DNA of 45,023 bases from a virus (Duplodnaviria > Caudoviricetes), in IMG/VR virus record IMGVR_UViG_3300012663_000955, positions 1-45,023 of that record. One strand, 5' to 3'. Numbering within the stretch: position 1 is the first letter of the stretch; every line of letters starts with the position of its first letter. The notes below the pieces were generated by a model. It worked only from the letters and a program-made list of their open reading frames with translations. It was not told the origin of the DNA and made no database searches. A program made the position numbers and the translations under genes. This document shows positions 36,014 to 45,023 of this stretch, piece by piece.

Positions 36014-38559
36014 TTTTGATTGTATTGAGAAATATTTATTATTCCGAAAGGATTCATTTCAAAATCCACTTCTGCGATAACGAATTCACCCGAAGCATTT
36101 TTAATTAAAAATGATGTGGTGAATCTATTATTCTTACTATTATAGGCTAAGGTCGGTGCTTCAAATGTTGATATTGAAGGCGAATTAACGCTTATTGGTG
36201 AAATGGTATAATTATCATATTCTGATAAAGTATGCTTCACTGTATCGAATTCGAATATCGAAGGCTTTATCAACAACGCATTGACATTATTACTAGACAA
36301 ATTATCAATAAGGGTGAAGTAGATATTCCCATCTTTACTGTATCTATTTGAAATATTACCACCGTGTTCGATGACGTATGTTTGTTTAGTGGGTGTCAAG
36401 AATTCGCCATTTTCAAAGACCAATTTGGTAATAATCAAATTGTTTTCCGTCTCTATGGTGAGAATGTCGGAAACAACATCAAACTTTTTAACAGCACTCA
36501 ACGATTCAGCATACACTGATAATGCCAATACATTCGTAAGATAGGTCAGTTCAGACTGTAAAGGTGATATTTCCATTGTATATGAATTTCTCACATACAA
36601 TTTACCATTCAGATCCAATCTTTCATACAAATTTTTAACAGGTGCTGACGACAAGACATATTCACTCGATTTTAAAACCGTATCATCGTAGTATATTTGA
36701 GATATGGTTGGTGAAAAATCAGGATACGCGCTACCAAACAACGCACCATCTATCATGAACGTATTCGTGTCATTAGGGAAGATATTTGGTATCATGTTTG
36801 CCGTTACGGTCGGAAATCTGGCATCCAATAATGCTCTTCTCAGAGGAGAAGATGAATTAATACCACCTTCGATAAGTTCCGAGTAATAAAAATTACCACT
36901 CAATTCAAATGAACTCAAATCGGAAGAAGCAGCATCGACGTAAAAAGTCTCACCATCCATCATATACAAACCTTCCAATGTTTGGAAGTCTGGAAGATAC
37001 TCATTTTCGTAATAAAATTGATCATTACTAAATGTCCCTCCGAATATTTGATAATATGAATTATTAGCGGAGATAGCGGTAATTCCATTAGTGAAAGTGC
37101 TCAATCCTGATCTACTCGTGTAATTATATGTTGACAAATCAACAGTGGAATAATTAAAATTAAATCCTTCGTTATAGAGATAGTCATAAAAGGTGTGACC
37201 ATTCAATATTTGATAATAAGCACTTGGTGGAGATTCATAAGAAGAGATACCTCTAGTGAAAGAGCCATCATCTTTGAATAATCCGAATAGATTATTGTAA
37301 ATGTCTTGTTTCGAATCCTGTAAATAACCAATATTTGATAATTTATCAAGGTATTTGTCGGAATTTAACTCGATTTTGGATATGTATCCGTAATATTTGC
37401 TATCGTTTCTCTTACTAATTGGTAATATCTTTGATTTACCGGAAGTGAAATTTCTACGGACATAATCATTATCGTTAATGAATGTGATAATATCACCATT
37501 ATCACCTCTCACAGATGGATCTGGGAAATAATAAATGGTATTTGGCTGTAAATTTGCAATATTGAATGAAAAGCTGGTATTCTTTCCATCAATGTTGATT
37601 ATGGATGTCTTATGTGGTCGAAAATATCCTATATCCTCTTTTGTGATTAAAATTTTCTTATCAGTCGATGCAGTAGTCGGATAATTAACATTTAAAAAGT
37701 TTTGAGATGGTTTATCCGATAATACAGCTAATCCCGATACGAAATCATTCACTGTCGAACCTGTGGACAAATAATAAACATCATTGCCGATATATTTCTC
37801 GGTCAATTTTCTTTTATTGTCTAAAAGATCATTTATTTCTTTGATACCCAATTCGGAAGCGGACATATTCGAGAATACTTCCGAAATAATATCGGAATTA
37901 CTTTTCAAAAATATATCAAACCCATAATCCAAATCTTTATTATCATAAATTTTTTCATCTGGCGTTTGATTGAAATACAGAGGATATGAATCATATAATT
38001 CATCTATATTAATATCAATATTATCTTTAATTTCCTGAATATCGTAATAGATCTCCCCATTATCAACATTCTGTAAATAATTTATAATATTGTTTTTTAT
38101 CTCCTGCTCCAATAAAGTATTAGTCCCGACTAACTTTTTCTTTATGATTTGATATTTACTTTCCTCCCTTTTTTTATTGTAATAACCAGCAATTTCTGTT
38201 AATTTTCTAGTATAAAAAGGTATAGCCAGATCCAAATCTAAAGGATCATTGAAATCTAATTGTGATAAGAATTTTTGTTCTTCGTTTGTAGAGTATTTTA
38301 AATTAATTTCTCTTACGAAGTCTCTGTATCTTTCAATAATGGTAGAAGAATCCTCCGATTCCTTCACACTCTTTACTCTGTTCCATTTTCTCAAATATTG
38401 AGTGTAGAAAGTTTGTAAATTATCGACCGAGAAATTATCGTCTATTATTTTTATAAATTCTAAGAACGAAAACGGTTGTGCCGAATCCAACGCATCAACG
38501 ATATTAACGTTGGGATTTGTGATGGATTTGGGAAATGTGATGTCTGATACGTTCTCCAT
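36010..38559 (-). CDS. Large putative baseplate/virion protein
   Basis: 849 aa in the baseplate operon; TAAATA-N6-ATG. Confidence 0.6.
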   Translation of the reverse strand: MENVSDITFPKSITNPNVNIVDALDSAQPFSFLEFIKIIDDNFSVDNLQTFYTQYLRKWNRVKSVKESEDSSTIIERYRDFVREINLKYSTNEEQKFLSQLDFNDPLDLDLAIPFYTRKLTEIAGYYNKKREESKYQIIKKKLVGTNTLLEQEIKNNIINYLQNVDNGEIYYDIQEIKDNIDINIDELYDSYPLYFNQTPDEKIYDNKDLDYGFDIFLKSNSDIISEVFSNMSASELGIKEINDLLDNKRKLTEKYIGNDVYYLSTGSTVNDFVSGLAVLSDKPSQNFLNVNYPTTASTDKKILITKEDIGYFRPHKTSIINIDGKNTSFSFNIANLQPNTIYYFPDPSVRGDNGDIITFINDNDYVRRNFTSGKSKILPISKRNDSKYYGYISKIELNSDKYLDKLSNIGYLQDSKQDIYNNLFGLFKDDGSFTRGISSYESPPSAYYQILNGHTFYDYLYNEGFNFNYSTVDLSTYNYTSRSGLSTFTNGITAISANNSYYQIFGGTFSNDQFYYENEYLPDFQTLEGLYMMDGETFYVDAASSDLSSFELSGNFYYSELIEGGINSSSPLRRALLDARFPTVTANMIPNIFPNDTNTFMIDGALFGSAYPDFSPTISQIYYDDTVLKSSEYVLSSAPVKNLYERLDLNGKLYVRNSYTMEISPLQSELTYLTNVLALSVYAESLSAVKKFDVVSDILTIETENNLIITKLVFENGEFLTPTKQTYVIEHGGNISNRYSKDGNIYFTLIDNLSSNNVNALLIKPSIFEFDTVKHTLSEYDNYTISPISVNSPSISTFEAPTLAYNSKNNRFTTSFLIKNASGEFVIAEVDFEMNPFGIINISQYNQK

Positions 38560-38564
38560 TGCTA

Positions 38565-40649
38565 TTATTTAACCAGTGACAATGATTGATAGAGCGTATC
38601 ACGCAAAGCAATTCCAACTGTGAAGTCTTTGTAATTCAGTGTGGCATACTCACCCAAAATGTATTCACCGTTTTCATCCAAAATTGGTTCGTTGTTGCTA
38701 TCTCTGATAATATTCTCAGTGGATAACATGTCATACAATGTATTATTCTCGATTATAGTATTGTCATACAATGTGTCATCGAATTTATCAACAAATTCGA
38801 AAAACAAGTAGTATTTCTCTATATCCTCGAATTGGAATGTGTCAGGTAACACCAAAGGCCATCCCCAATCTTGTTCATACGCTGATAATGGGAAAATATT
38901 GCTAGTGGTATAATCAAGAGGTTGCTCTGTATTCAATAACGAATATCTATTACTGAATTTCTCCAATGCTACGATGGGAGTCCCAGCGGAAATCAAATAT
39001 GTATTCGTATTTATTTGATTGCCAAGATTGACACCATACACACTCTTGGAAGAATATCCTCTCAAGTCGAAATTTTCATTGAATTTATTGCGAACTCCCA
39101 GCAATTTATTGGTGCTGATTGAGCAAAGATCTAAAATTCTTTTAATTTTTTCTGGATATGAGAATGAATTTTTTTCAAAGACATTATTAGGTGTCCCTGT
39201 CATATTCATTTGTGATATTAAAGAAAATATCTCATTTTTATCAACATCTTGTATGTTTTGGACAAAATTTGTTGTTTTTTCGTATATTTTCTTACCGAGA
39301 GTATCATACGAAGAATCCAATGTCCCGAATATCGATCCAATGAATTCATCGAAAAGCATACTGTCATCCAGAAGAAATTCTTGGAATCGTAAATTTTTGA
39401 ACATTTCAGTGGCATCATAATCTTCATTTTTCTTATCAATTCTTAAGAAATTTTGAGGATACACATCGAATAAATTAGTCTCACCATTTAAAGTATATGG
39501 AGTTCCCTGTAATGACGAAACCGTCCCAGATATTGTGATTTTAACATCATTGATCTTATCAGATGTTTTGAAATTTATGATATTGCGAATTGCACCATCG
39601 AAACAATCTTTCGTGGATATCGTGTAGTATTGTGACGATACGATAATATCGGTTGATGATAATACGGTGTATGTGAAATTTGTCGTAGAAAGAGGTGCAA
39701 AATTCTTAACACTGAAGTGTTCAGAATCTTTAACCTTAATTACGAAAGGTATATCCACGTTAGAGAATTTTTGCGCATCTATTTCAAAAGAATCGGAGAT
39801 GTAGAATTCACCGTCTATACCATTCGAAGTGATGGTGAACTTATCAACATCATCATTTTCGATTATATTAGCCGAAAGTGAGATTTTCAAATTGTTATCC
39901 CATATATTATTGTCTCTTTTATCGAAAAACAGATCAATTATCAAATTGTTTACACTATCGTCTTTGAAATAAATTTCTTTATTACCTGATAAGCCAACAT
40001 AAAATCCTGAAACATCAGTGGAATTGGTTAATACGATATTATTATTCGATATTTTCGCATAAATTGGAATCGTGCTAATGTCGATTTTATCGATCTCTAC
40101 ATATTCATATTCCTTTTTTGTTCGATTGTATATTTTTTCAAAAAATGAATAGGTGTCTCTCAAATGTCTGAATTTATCTGGAGTATCTTGGAAATAATAT
40201 TCACTATTACTCCCACTCACTCTGTAAAATATGCTGGAAGGCGTAGTATCTCTCGGATAAGTAGCAGAAACAATCAAAGGACCAGATATTTTACCATTTT
40301 TCCATGCGATACTGTCATAATATGCTGTATTACTAAAGTCTATTTTAAAGGTATTGACAAAATAGTGTTTGATATCTACCGTTTTTATGACATTTGATAT
40401 AATAGCATTGGAATAACAATCAAAAATTGTCAAATTTGTATCGTATTTTCCGGGATTGCTATAAAATTTACTAGCAGTTAATGATGTGGAGTATGTCCCA
40501 TCTCCGAAATCCCATAATACTCTAATGTAATTCTGATTTTTAACATCTGGTATAAATGTTAATGGGGTTTCCTTCAGCGCGTATGCGCTTAGAACTTGCT
40601 CGTTTTTATAGTCAACGATTTTATAATCGAATGTTTGATAATTACTCAT
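38565..40649 (-). CDS. PKD-domain baseplate protein (gp7-like position)
   Basis: WDFGDGT...YSNPGKY PKD motif; follows gp6. Confidence 0.65.
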   Translation of the reverse strand: MSNYQTFDYKIVDYKNEQVLSAYALKETPLTFIPDVKNQNYIRVLWDFGDGTYSTSLTASKFYSNPGKYDTNLTIFDCYSNAIISNVIKTVDIKHYFVNTFKIDFSNTAYYDSIAWKNGKISGPLIVSATYPRDTTPSSIFYRVSGSNSEYYFQDTPDKFRHLRDTYSFFEKIYNRTKKEYEYVEIDKIDISTIPIYAKISNNNIVLTNSTDVSGFYVGLSGNKEIYFKDDSVNNLIIDLFFDKRDNNIWDNNLKISLSANIIENDDVDKFTITSNGIDGEFYISDSFEIDAQKFSNVDIPFVIKVKDSEHFSVKNFAPLSTTNFTYTVLSSTDIIVSSQYYTISTKDCFDGAIRNIINFKTSDKINDVKITISGTVSSLQGTPYTLNGETNLFDVYPQNFLRIDKKNEDYDATEMFKNLRFQEFLLDDSMLFDEFIGSIFGTLDSSYDTLGKKIYEKTTNFVQNIQDVDKNEIFSLISQMNMTGTPNNVFEKNSFSYPEKIKRILDLCSISTNKLLGVRNKFNENFDLRGYSSKSVYGVNLGNQINTNTYLISAGTPIVALEKFSNRYSLLNTEQPLDYTTSNIFPLSAYEQDWGWPLVLPDTFQFEDIEKYYLFFEFVDKFDDTLYDNTIIENNTLYDMLSTENIIRDSNNEPILDENGEYILGEYATLNYKDFTVGIALRDTLYQSLSLVK

Positions 40650-42447
40650 TTAATATTACGATTTTTTTGTATATCGATTGAGGGTTGAAGAAATATGGGA
40701 ATTTGAAAAATGGTAATGTGGTTGTTTGGTTGATGATCAGATCATCAACACCTTCATAAATCGGGTTCCATGCCACAAATGAAATACCGTTGAAGACCTC
40801 ATTATTGTTTCTTGTTCTTATGTTGGCAACACCTTCCAATGTTAAAATTTCCGATGTCAATGACGAGATATTCAATTTTTCACCCAAACCATTATTTGAA
40901 CTATTGAAAAAGGATAAGATAATATCACCAACCTTCTTTTTCAAATTTTCAGGGTTTGTCTTGGAATCACTCTTACGAACAATTTCCAATTTACTTGTTT
41001 CCGAGACATTTTTGTCTGCCGTATTATTAGTGAATCCAATATCAAATGCAATATAAACAGGATCACGAGGAATAACTTCGTGGCTCAGAATTTTATTGTC
41101 CTTTGTTTTTTCGATGATCAAATTTTTCAAGCTATTTGATAAAAATGGCGGATATACGCCATCATCTTTGAGATTGAATTTGGGAACACAGAACACATTC
41201 ACATTGTTGAAATCACAAGAATCTGCAAAATTGACTTGGTTTATGATAACTCTGTTCGATTTATTAGGATCTATGCAAATCTTGTAGAAATAGTCAATAT
41301 AACTATCGATGAAAGTTTTATTATTAACCGTTTTGACCGATGCGATAACATTCGATATCTCTTTGTTCAAGAAAGTATCGTAATCATCCTCTGATACCAA
41401 TTTTATTTGAGAATTGAGATATTTGGGGACATTATTTTTAATCTGCTCGACGCTTTCAGCTTCCGATATTGCAGTGGAATTATCGGTATTCGTGAAATAT
41501 AAAAATGAATTGTTATCAAAATCGATAATGTTTTCACTTGCCACTGTAGCAATATCATTATAGATCTGATTGAATCGAGAAGAATTCAGATTAAACAATT
41601 TGTTACCGTTGATGGCCCCTTTACTAATAATCCCGTTGAGATTATCGCTCAAGATGTAATAAATAGCAACTTCATCACCAGCAGTAAGTTTCTTACCGAA
41701 AATATCGTTACCGAATTTAACTTCGTAGAATCCTGAATCGTTTAAACGGATACTATAGTAGCGATCATCATTTTTGGCGAGGAATATGTTATCCAATTCT
41801 GTGTATTCATGCCATTTACCATCACTTTGTTCTTTCACGTAGACACTAATAGTGCCATTGGAGATAAATCTGGTATCATTGTCATCGACTCTATTGACCA
41901 CCACGATAGGCAGCGTTTCAAATTCTTCACCATTTGCAGTATACGAAGGATATTCACCCACTGTTCCTTGATAAAGAATCAAATTATTTTTGATACTTTC
42001 GATATCTTGAGAGCCATCGATGGATTTTTCGAAATCGAAATCTTCCAGTAATGTATATTGAATTTTATCGATTAGAAAGTAGCTATACTTCCTCAATTTG
42101 TAATTACCTTTACCTAAAGAAGAACTAGCAACACATGATACTGGCACCAATGATGTTTGTTTACCTGTTGGTTTATAACCGATCAAATTTACGATTTTGT
42201 TGATGTTTTCGTAAATCGTAGCTTGCGAAAACATACTTTCCGATGCTGTTTGGTTCAAATAGAACAACAGAACGTGATAACTGAAAGCGACAATATCAAT
42301 AAAAGAAGCTAGATTACTTCCCTCATAATTCTGATCAGTGAAATTGGAATTTTCATTCAATTTTTGAATGATGAAATCTTTGAGAGAAAGCGCATCAAAA
42401 TTAATGTAAGCGTTTTTCGGTAAATTGTATTCAATAGATTCTTTCAT
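40642..42447 (-). CDS. gp6: Baseplate wedge subunit gp6-like
   Basis: FTDQNYEGSNL, LIGYKP, YEVKFGNDIFGKKL, AESVEQIK, VSEDDY. Confidence 0.88.
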   Translation of the reverse strand: MKESIEYNLPKNAYINFDALSLKDFIIQKLNENSNFTDQNYEGSNLASFIDIVAFSYHVLLFYLNQTASESMFSQATIYENINKIVNLIGYKPTGKQTSLVPVSCVASSSLGKGNYKLRKYSYFLIDKIQYTLLEDFDFEKSIDGSQDIESIKNNLILYQGTVGEYPSYTANGEEFETLPIVVVNRVDDNDTRFISNGTISVYVKEQSDGKWHEYTELDNIFLAKNDDRYYSIRLNDSGFYEVKFGNDIFGKKLTAGDEVAIYYILSDNLNGIISKGAINGNKLFNLNSSRFNQIYNDIATVASENIIDFDNNSFLYFTNTDNSTAISEAESVEQIKNNVPKYLNSQIKLVSEDDYDTFLNKEISNVIASVKTVNNKTFIDSYIDYFYKICIDPNKSNRVIINQVNFADSCDFNNVNVFCVPKFNLKDDGVYPPFLSNSLKNLIIEKTKDNKILSHEVIPRDPVYIAFDIGFTNNTADKNVSETSKLEIVRKSDSKTNPENLKKKVGDIILSFFNSSNNGLGEKLNISSLTSEILTLEGVANIRTRNNNEVFNGISFVAWNPIYEGVDDLIINQTTTLPFFKFPYFFNPQSIYKKIVILNE

Positions 42448-42457
42448 TTTTTATTAT

Positions 42458-42943
42458 TTAGAGGATTGTGTAACCGATGGTGTTTAATTTCGATTTAATG
42501 CTCAAACCTTCAACATCTAAAGACGGAACATTAATTCTAAGATAAATATCATACTCTTGTTCATCAGGATTTGGGATCACTGAAACATCTGTCACTGTGA
42601 TTCTTGGTTCTAAGAGAGGTAATCGTCTTGAAATGTCATTTACGATGATATCTGAGGTGTAATCATCAATAGGTTCGAATAAGAAACGTCTCAAATCGAT
42701 GCCAAAAGTAGGGTTTAGTATTTTTTGACCGGGTGCTGTTAAAAAACAATTGACAATACTATTTTTAATTGCTTCAATATCAAACAAAGCCTGAATATCT
42801 TTCAAATTTTCCTTTCTGTTCAACTGATTATTGAAAGAAAAGGAAGGTTTGAGGTCAAAATCGATATCCTTATACAAATTTCCAGAAGAATCCGCATTTT
42901 TCCCCGTTTTAGATTTTTGAAGAGATGATATTTTAATACTCAC
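42458..42943 (-). CDS. gp25: Baseplate wedge subunit gp25-like
   Basis: AIKNSIVN...T.PG.KILNPTFG..L...LFEP...EPRI. Confidence 0.9.
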   Translation of the reverse strand: MSIKISSLQKSKTGKNADSSGNLYKDIDFDLKPSFSFNNQLNRKENLKDIQALFDIEAIKNSIVNCFLTAPGQKILNPTFGIDLRRFLFEPIDDYTSDIIVNDISRRLPLLEPRITVTDVSVIPNPDEQEYDIYLRINVPSLDVEGLSIKSKLNTIGYTIL

Positions 42944-42948
42944 TTTAT

Positions 42949-42969
42949 TATTTAAGCGGCGACTAAATA
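42949..42969. promoter_or_regulatory. Back-to-back late promoters
   Basis: TAAATA on - (42949-42954) and + (42964-42969), each 5 nt from a start codon. Confidence 0.7.
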
Positions 42970-42974
42970 ATCAT

Positions 42975-44621
42975 ATGCCTAAAATTTCGCAATATAATCG
43001 AGCGACAACACCTCTTTCAGGTGGTGAGACTTTTATTCTGAATCAAAATGGAGCGACATTTAATATCACTCTGAGTTCAATTAAAAATTACACAGACACC
43101 ACACTTGGTGGTCTCTCGTCTAATTGGCAAAGCACATACACCACACTTGGTGGTCTCTCGTCTAATTGGCAAAGCACATATACTTCATTTTCGTCAAATT
43201 CCGCTAACTATGCAAGAACTACTATCAATAATAATTTTACAACAGGTCAGACTATCTTCGGTTCTCTTACAGCAAGTTCTGTCGCATTGAGCGGTAGCAC
43301 TTTAACATTACGAACATTAGGAACAAGATCCATTGGAATAACTGATACTAACATAACAGGCTTAACTAATTCATTTTTTGTTGGACAGGGGGCTGGTGCT
43401 AATGCGACAAGTGCTAACAGATCAACATTTATTGGATTAAGTGCTGGTGCTAATGCGACTAGTGCTAACAATTCCATTTTTATTGGAAATGGTGCTGGTA
43501 TTAATGCATCAGCTGCCTACGAGTCTAATTTTATTGGCTTGAGTGCTGGCAGAAGTTCAGCGGGAGCTTTTGGTTCTAATTTTATCGGGAACCGTGCAGG
43601 CATTGACGCTCCCAACGCACAACAATCTAATTTTATTGGGTTGGATGCTGGTAATGGGGCTACGACAGCCAGACAATCTAATTTTATTGGTCGAGAAGCT
43701 GGTTTCGAAGCTACGCTTGCAGAACAATCTAATTTTATTGGGTTTGCAGCTGGCTACTTGGCTGATGAGGCTGTCAGTTCTAATTTTATTGGCACTGACG
43801 CTGGTAACAGGGCTTATAGGGCACATAATTCCAATTTTATTGGTACTGATGCTGGACAAAATGCTACTGATGCATCTAACTGTAATTTTGTTGGTTCGAG
43901 TGCTGGTAATAATGCAGCCCAAGCATACAGATCTAATTTTATTGGTTATAATGCTGGTAATGGTGCTTCAGATACTGGTGAGAGTCCGTCAGGTCCACAG
44001 CACTCTAATTTTATCGGCACTAATGCTGGTCAGAATGCTATTCTTGCATCTTCCTCTAATTTTATTGGATTGAATACTGGTGTTAATGCGTACTACGCAG
44101 GTCATTGCAATTTTATTGGTTCTTATGCTGGTAATGGTGCGCAAAGTGCAAGTAACTCCAATTTTATTGGTCAATATGCTGGTGAAAATGCTACGGATGC
44201 GTCTAATTCCAATTTCTTCGGACAAAATGCTGGTAAAAGTGCAAGCGGCGGTCTTGGCTCTAATTTTATTGGAGGTTATGCTGGTGAAAATGCTACCAAT
44301 GCCTCATTTTCCGATTTTATCGGTTTAAGTGCTGGTGCTAATAGCACTACTGCATCAGAATCAGTCTTTATTGGAGCTTATTCTGGCGGTGGTGTTACTG
44401 GTGCTCGTAATACATTTCTTGGAGCAACTACTAAAACGACTTCCCCTAGTTTTTCTGGATGTTTAGCATTAGGTTATGGTGCGCAAGCAAATAGACACAA
44501 TCAACTAGCAATAGGATCAACTCAAGTCCCTCTTGTAACAGCTAATACAGGAACTTCGACTGGAAGTTATCTTATAGTTCGTATAAACGGTGTTGATAGA
44601 AAGCTTTTAATTTTTGATTAA
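42975..44621 (+). CDS. Tail fibre/adhesin with YadA-head-like beta-roll repeats
   Basis: About 20 copies of 17-aa SNFIGxxAGxxAxxAxx; ALGYGA...QLAIGS neck-like motif. Confidence 0.75.
   Translation: MPKISQYNRATTPLSGGETFILNQNGATFNITLSSIKNYTDTTLGGLSSNWQSTYTTLGGLSSNWQSTYTSFSSNSANYARTTINNNFTTGQTIFGSLTASSVALSGSTLTLRTLGTRSIGITDTNITGLTNSFFVGQGAGANATSANRSTFIGLSAGANATSANNSIFIGNGAGINASAAYESNFIGLSAGRSSAGAFGSNFIGNRAGIDAPNAQQSNFIGLDAGNGATTARQSNFIGREAGFEATLAEQSNFIGFAAGYLADEAVSSNFIGTDAGNRAYRAHNSNFIGTDAGQNATDASNCNFVGSSAGNNAAQAYRSNFIGYNAGNGASDTGESPSGPQHSNFIGTNAGQNAILASSSNFIGLNTGVNAYYAGHCNFIGSYAGNGAQSASNSNFIGQYAGENATDASNSNFFGQNAGKSASGGLGSNFIGGYAGENATNASFSDFIGLSAGANSTTASESVFIGAYSGGGVTGARNTFLGATTKTTSPSFSGCLALGYGAQANRHNQLAIGSTQVPLVTANTGTSTGSYLIVRINGVDRKLLIFD
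43096..43180 (+). repeat. 42-bp perfect tandem duplication (TTLGGLSSNWQSTY x2)
   Basis: ACCACACTTGGTGGTCTCTCGTCTAATTGGCAAAGCACATA at 43098 and 43140. Confidence 0.95.
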
Positions 44622-44637
44622 ACAAGTAAATAATGGT

Positions 44638-44988
44638 ATGAGTATACTGACACAAACTCCACAACCTCCTACAGATGCAGAAAAGTTACAGAGAGTTGTA
44701 AAGACAATTAAAACAATCTCAGCTAGAACGTATGATGATCTAGTGCGGGTGCAAAAGCAAGGTATTGATTCTGTTTGGAAAGATAGAGATTTTACTCCAC
44801 AGGAAATTATCGATGCTTTAGGTGCAAATGCAATTAAAGTATTCAATATGCACGGTAAATTAACTGATTACTTGGTAGATATTAGTGCTATTGATAATAT
44901 ACCTTATACTCCAGCACTACCTACCAATACTTTCACAATCAATGCAGATGGAAGCATAACAGTAACAGATCAACCATACCAACCATAA
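44638..44988 (+). CDS. Small fibre-associated late protein
   Basis: Start refined to ATG 44638 (TAAATA-N5); directly follows the fibre gene. Confidence 0.6.
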   Translation: MSILTQTPQPPTDAEKLQRVVKTIKTISARTYDDLVRVQKQGIDSVWKDRDFTPQEIIDALGANAIKVFNMHGKLTDYLVDISAIDNIPYTPALPTNTFTINADGSITVTDQPYQP

Positions 44989-45023
44989 TTTATGAAAAAG
45001 AAAGAAATAACATTAGGAGATGT

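Noticed and set aside
43371-44430. Regularly spaced TCTAATTTTATTGG as a CRISPR or DNA repeat array
   Set aside because: The 51-nt period is explained by the 17-aa protein repeat.
74-44846. Numerous short overlapping or antisense ORFs in the track (e.g. 429-686, 4169-4600, 12242-12592, 43543-44073)
   Set aside because: Nested in well-supported genes, with no motifs or promoter context.

Overview
AT-rich 45-kb segment of a large T4-like (myovirus-type) bacteriophage genome. About 0.4-27.9 kb is a mostly + strand replication/recombination module: DUF4326, UvsY, UvsW, gp55 late sigma, gp47, gp46 in two pieces, family-B DNA polymerase, UvsX/RecA, gp41 helicase, a DHH-fold protein, gp59-like, gp32, gp45 clamp and gp61 primase. 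It also carries two glycosyltransferases and a two-gene adenine methyltransferase, and is interrupted by mostly antisense genes with late promoters. About 27.9-42.9 kb is a - strand baseplate/tail operon (gp25, gp6, large virion proteins, two Mtd-N fibre genes) ending in a mucin-like Ser/Thr protein and a GT2. A divergent beta-roll fibre gene and small partner follow. Most notable: (1) gp46/Rad50 split at the zinc hook by a 45-nt stop+promoter insert; (2) a GIY-YIG element that replaced the UvsX C-terminus with a synonymously recoded copy, leaving the old end downstream; (3) a strict TAAATA-N5-start geometry implying leaderless late mRNAs; (4) a dispersed set of late genes with N-terminal (I/L)xE propeptide-like motifs, candidate injected head proteins; (5) a mucin-like protein/GT2 pair in the tail operon. 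All calls come from reading motifs and synteny; no database searches were run. No tRNA, rRNA or CRISPR was seen.
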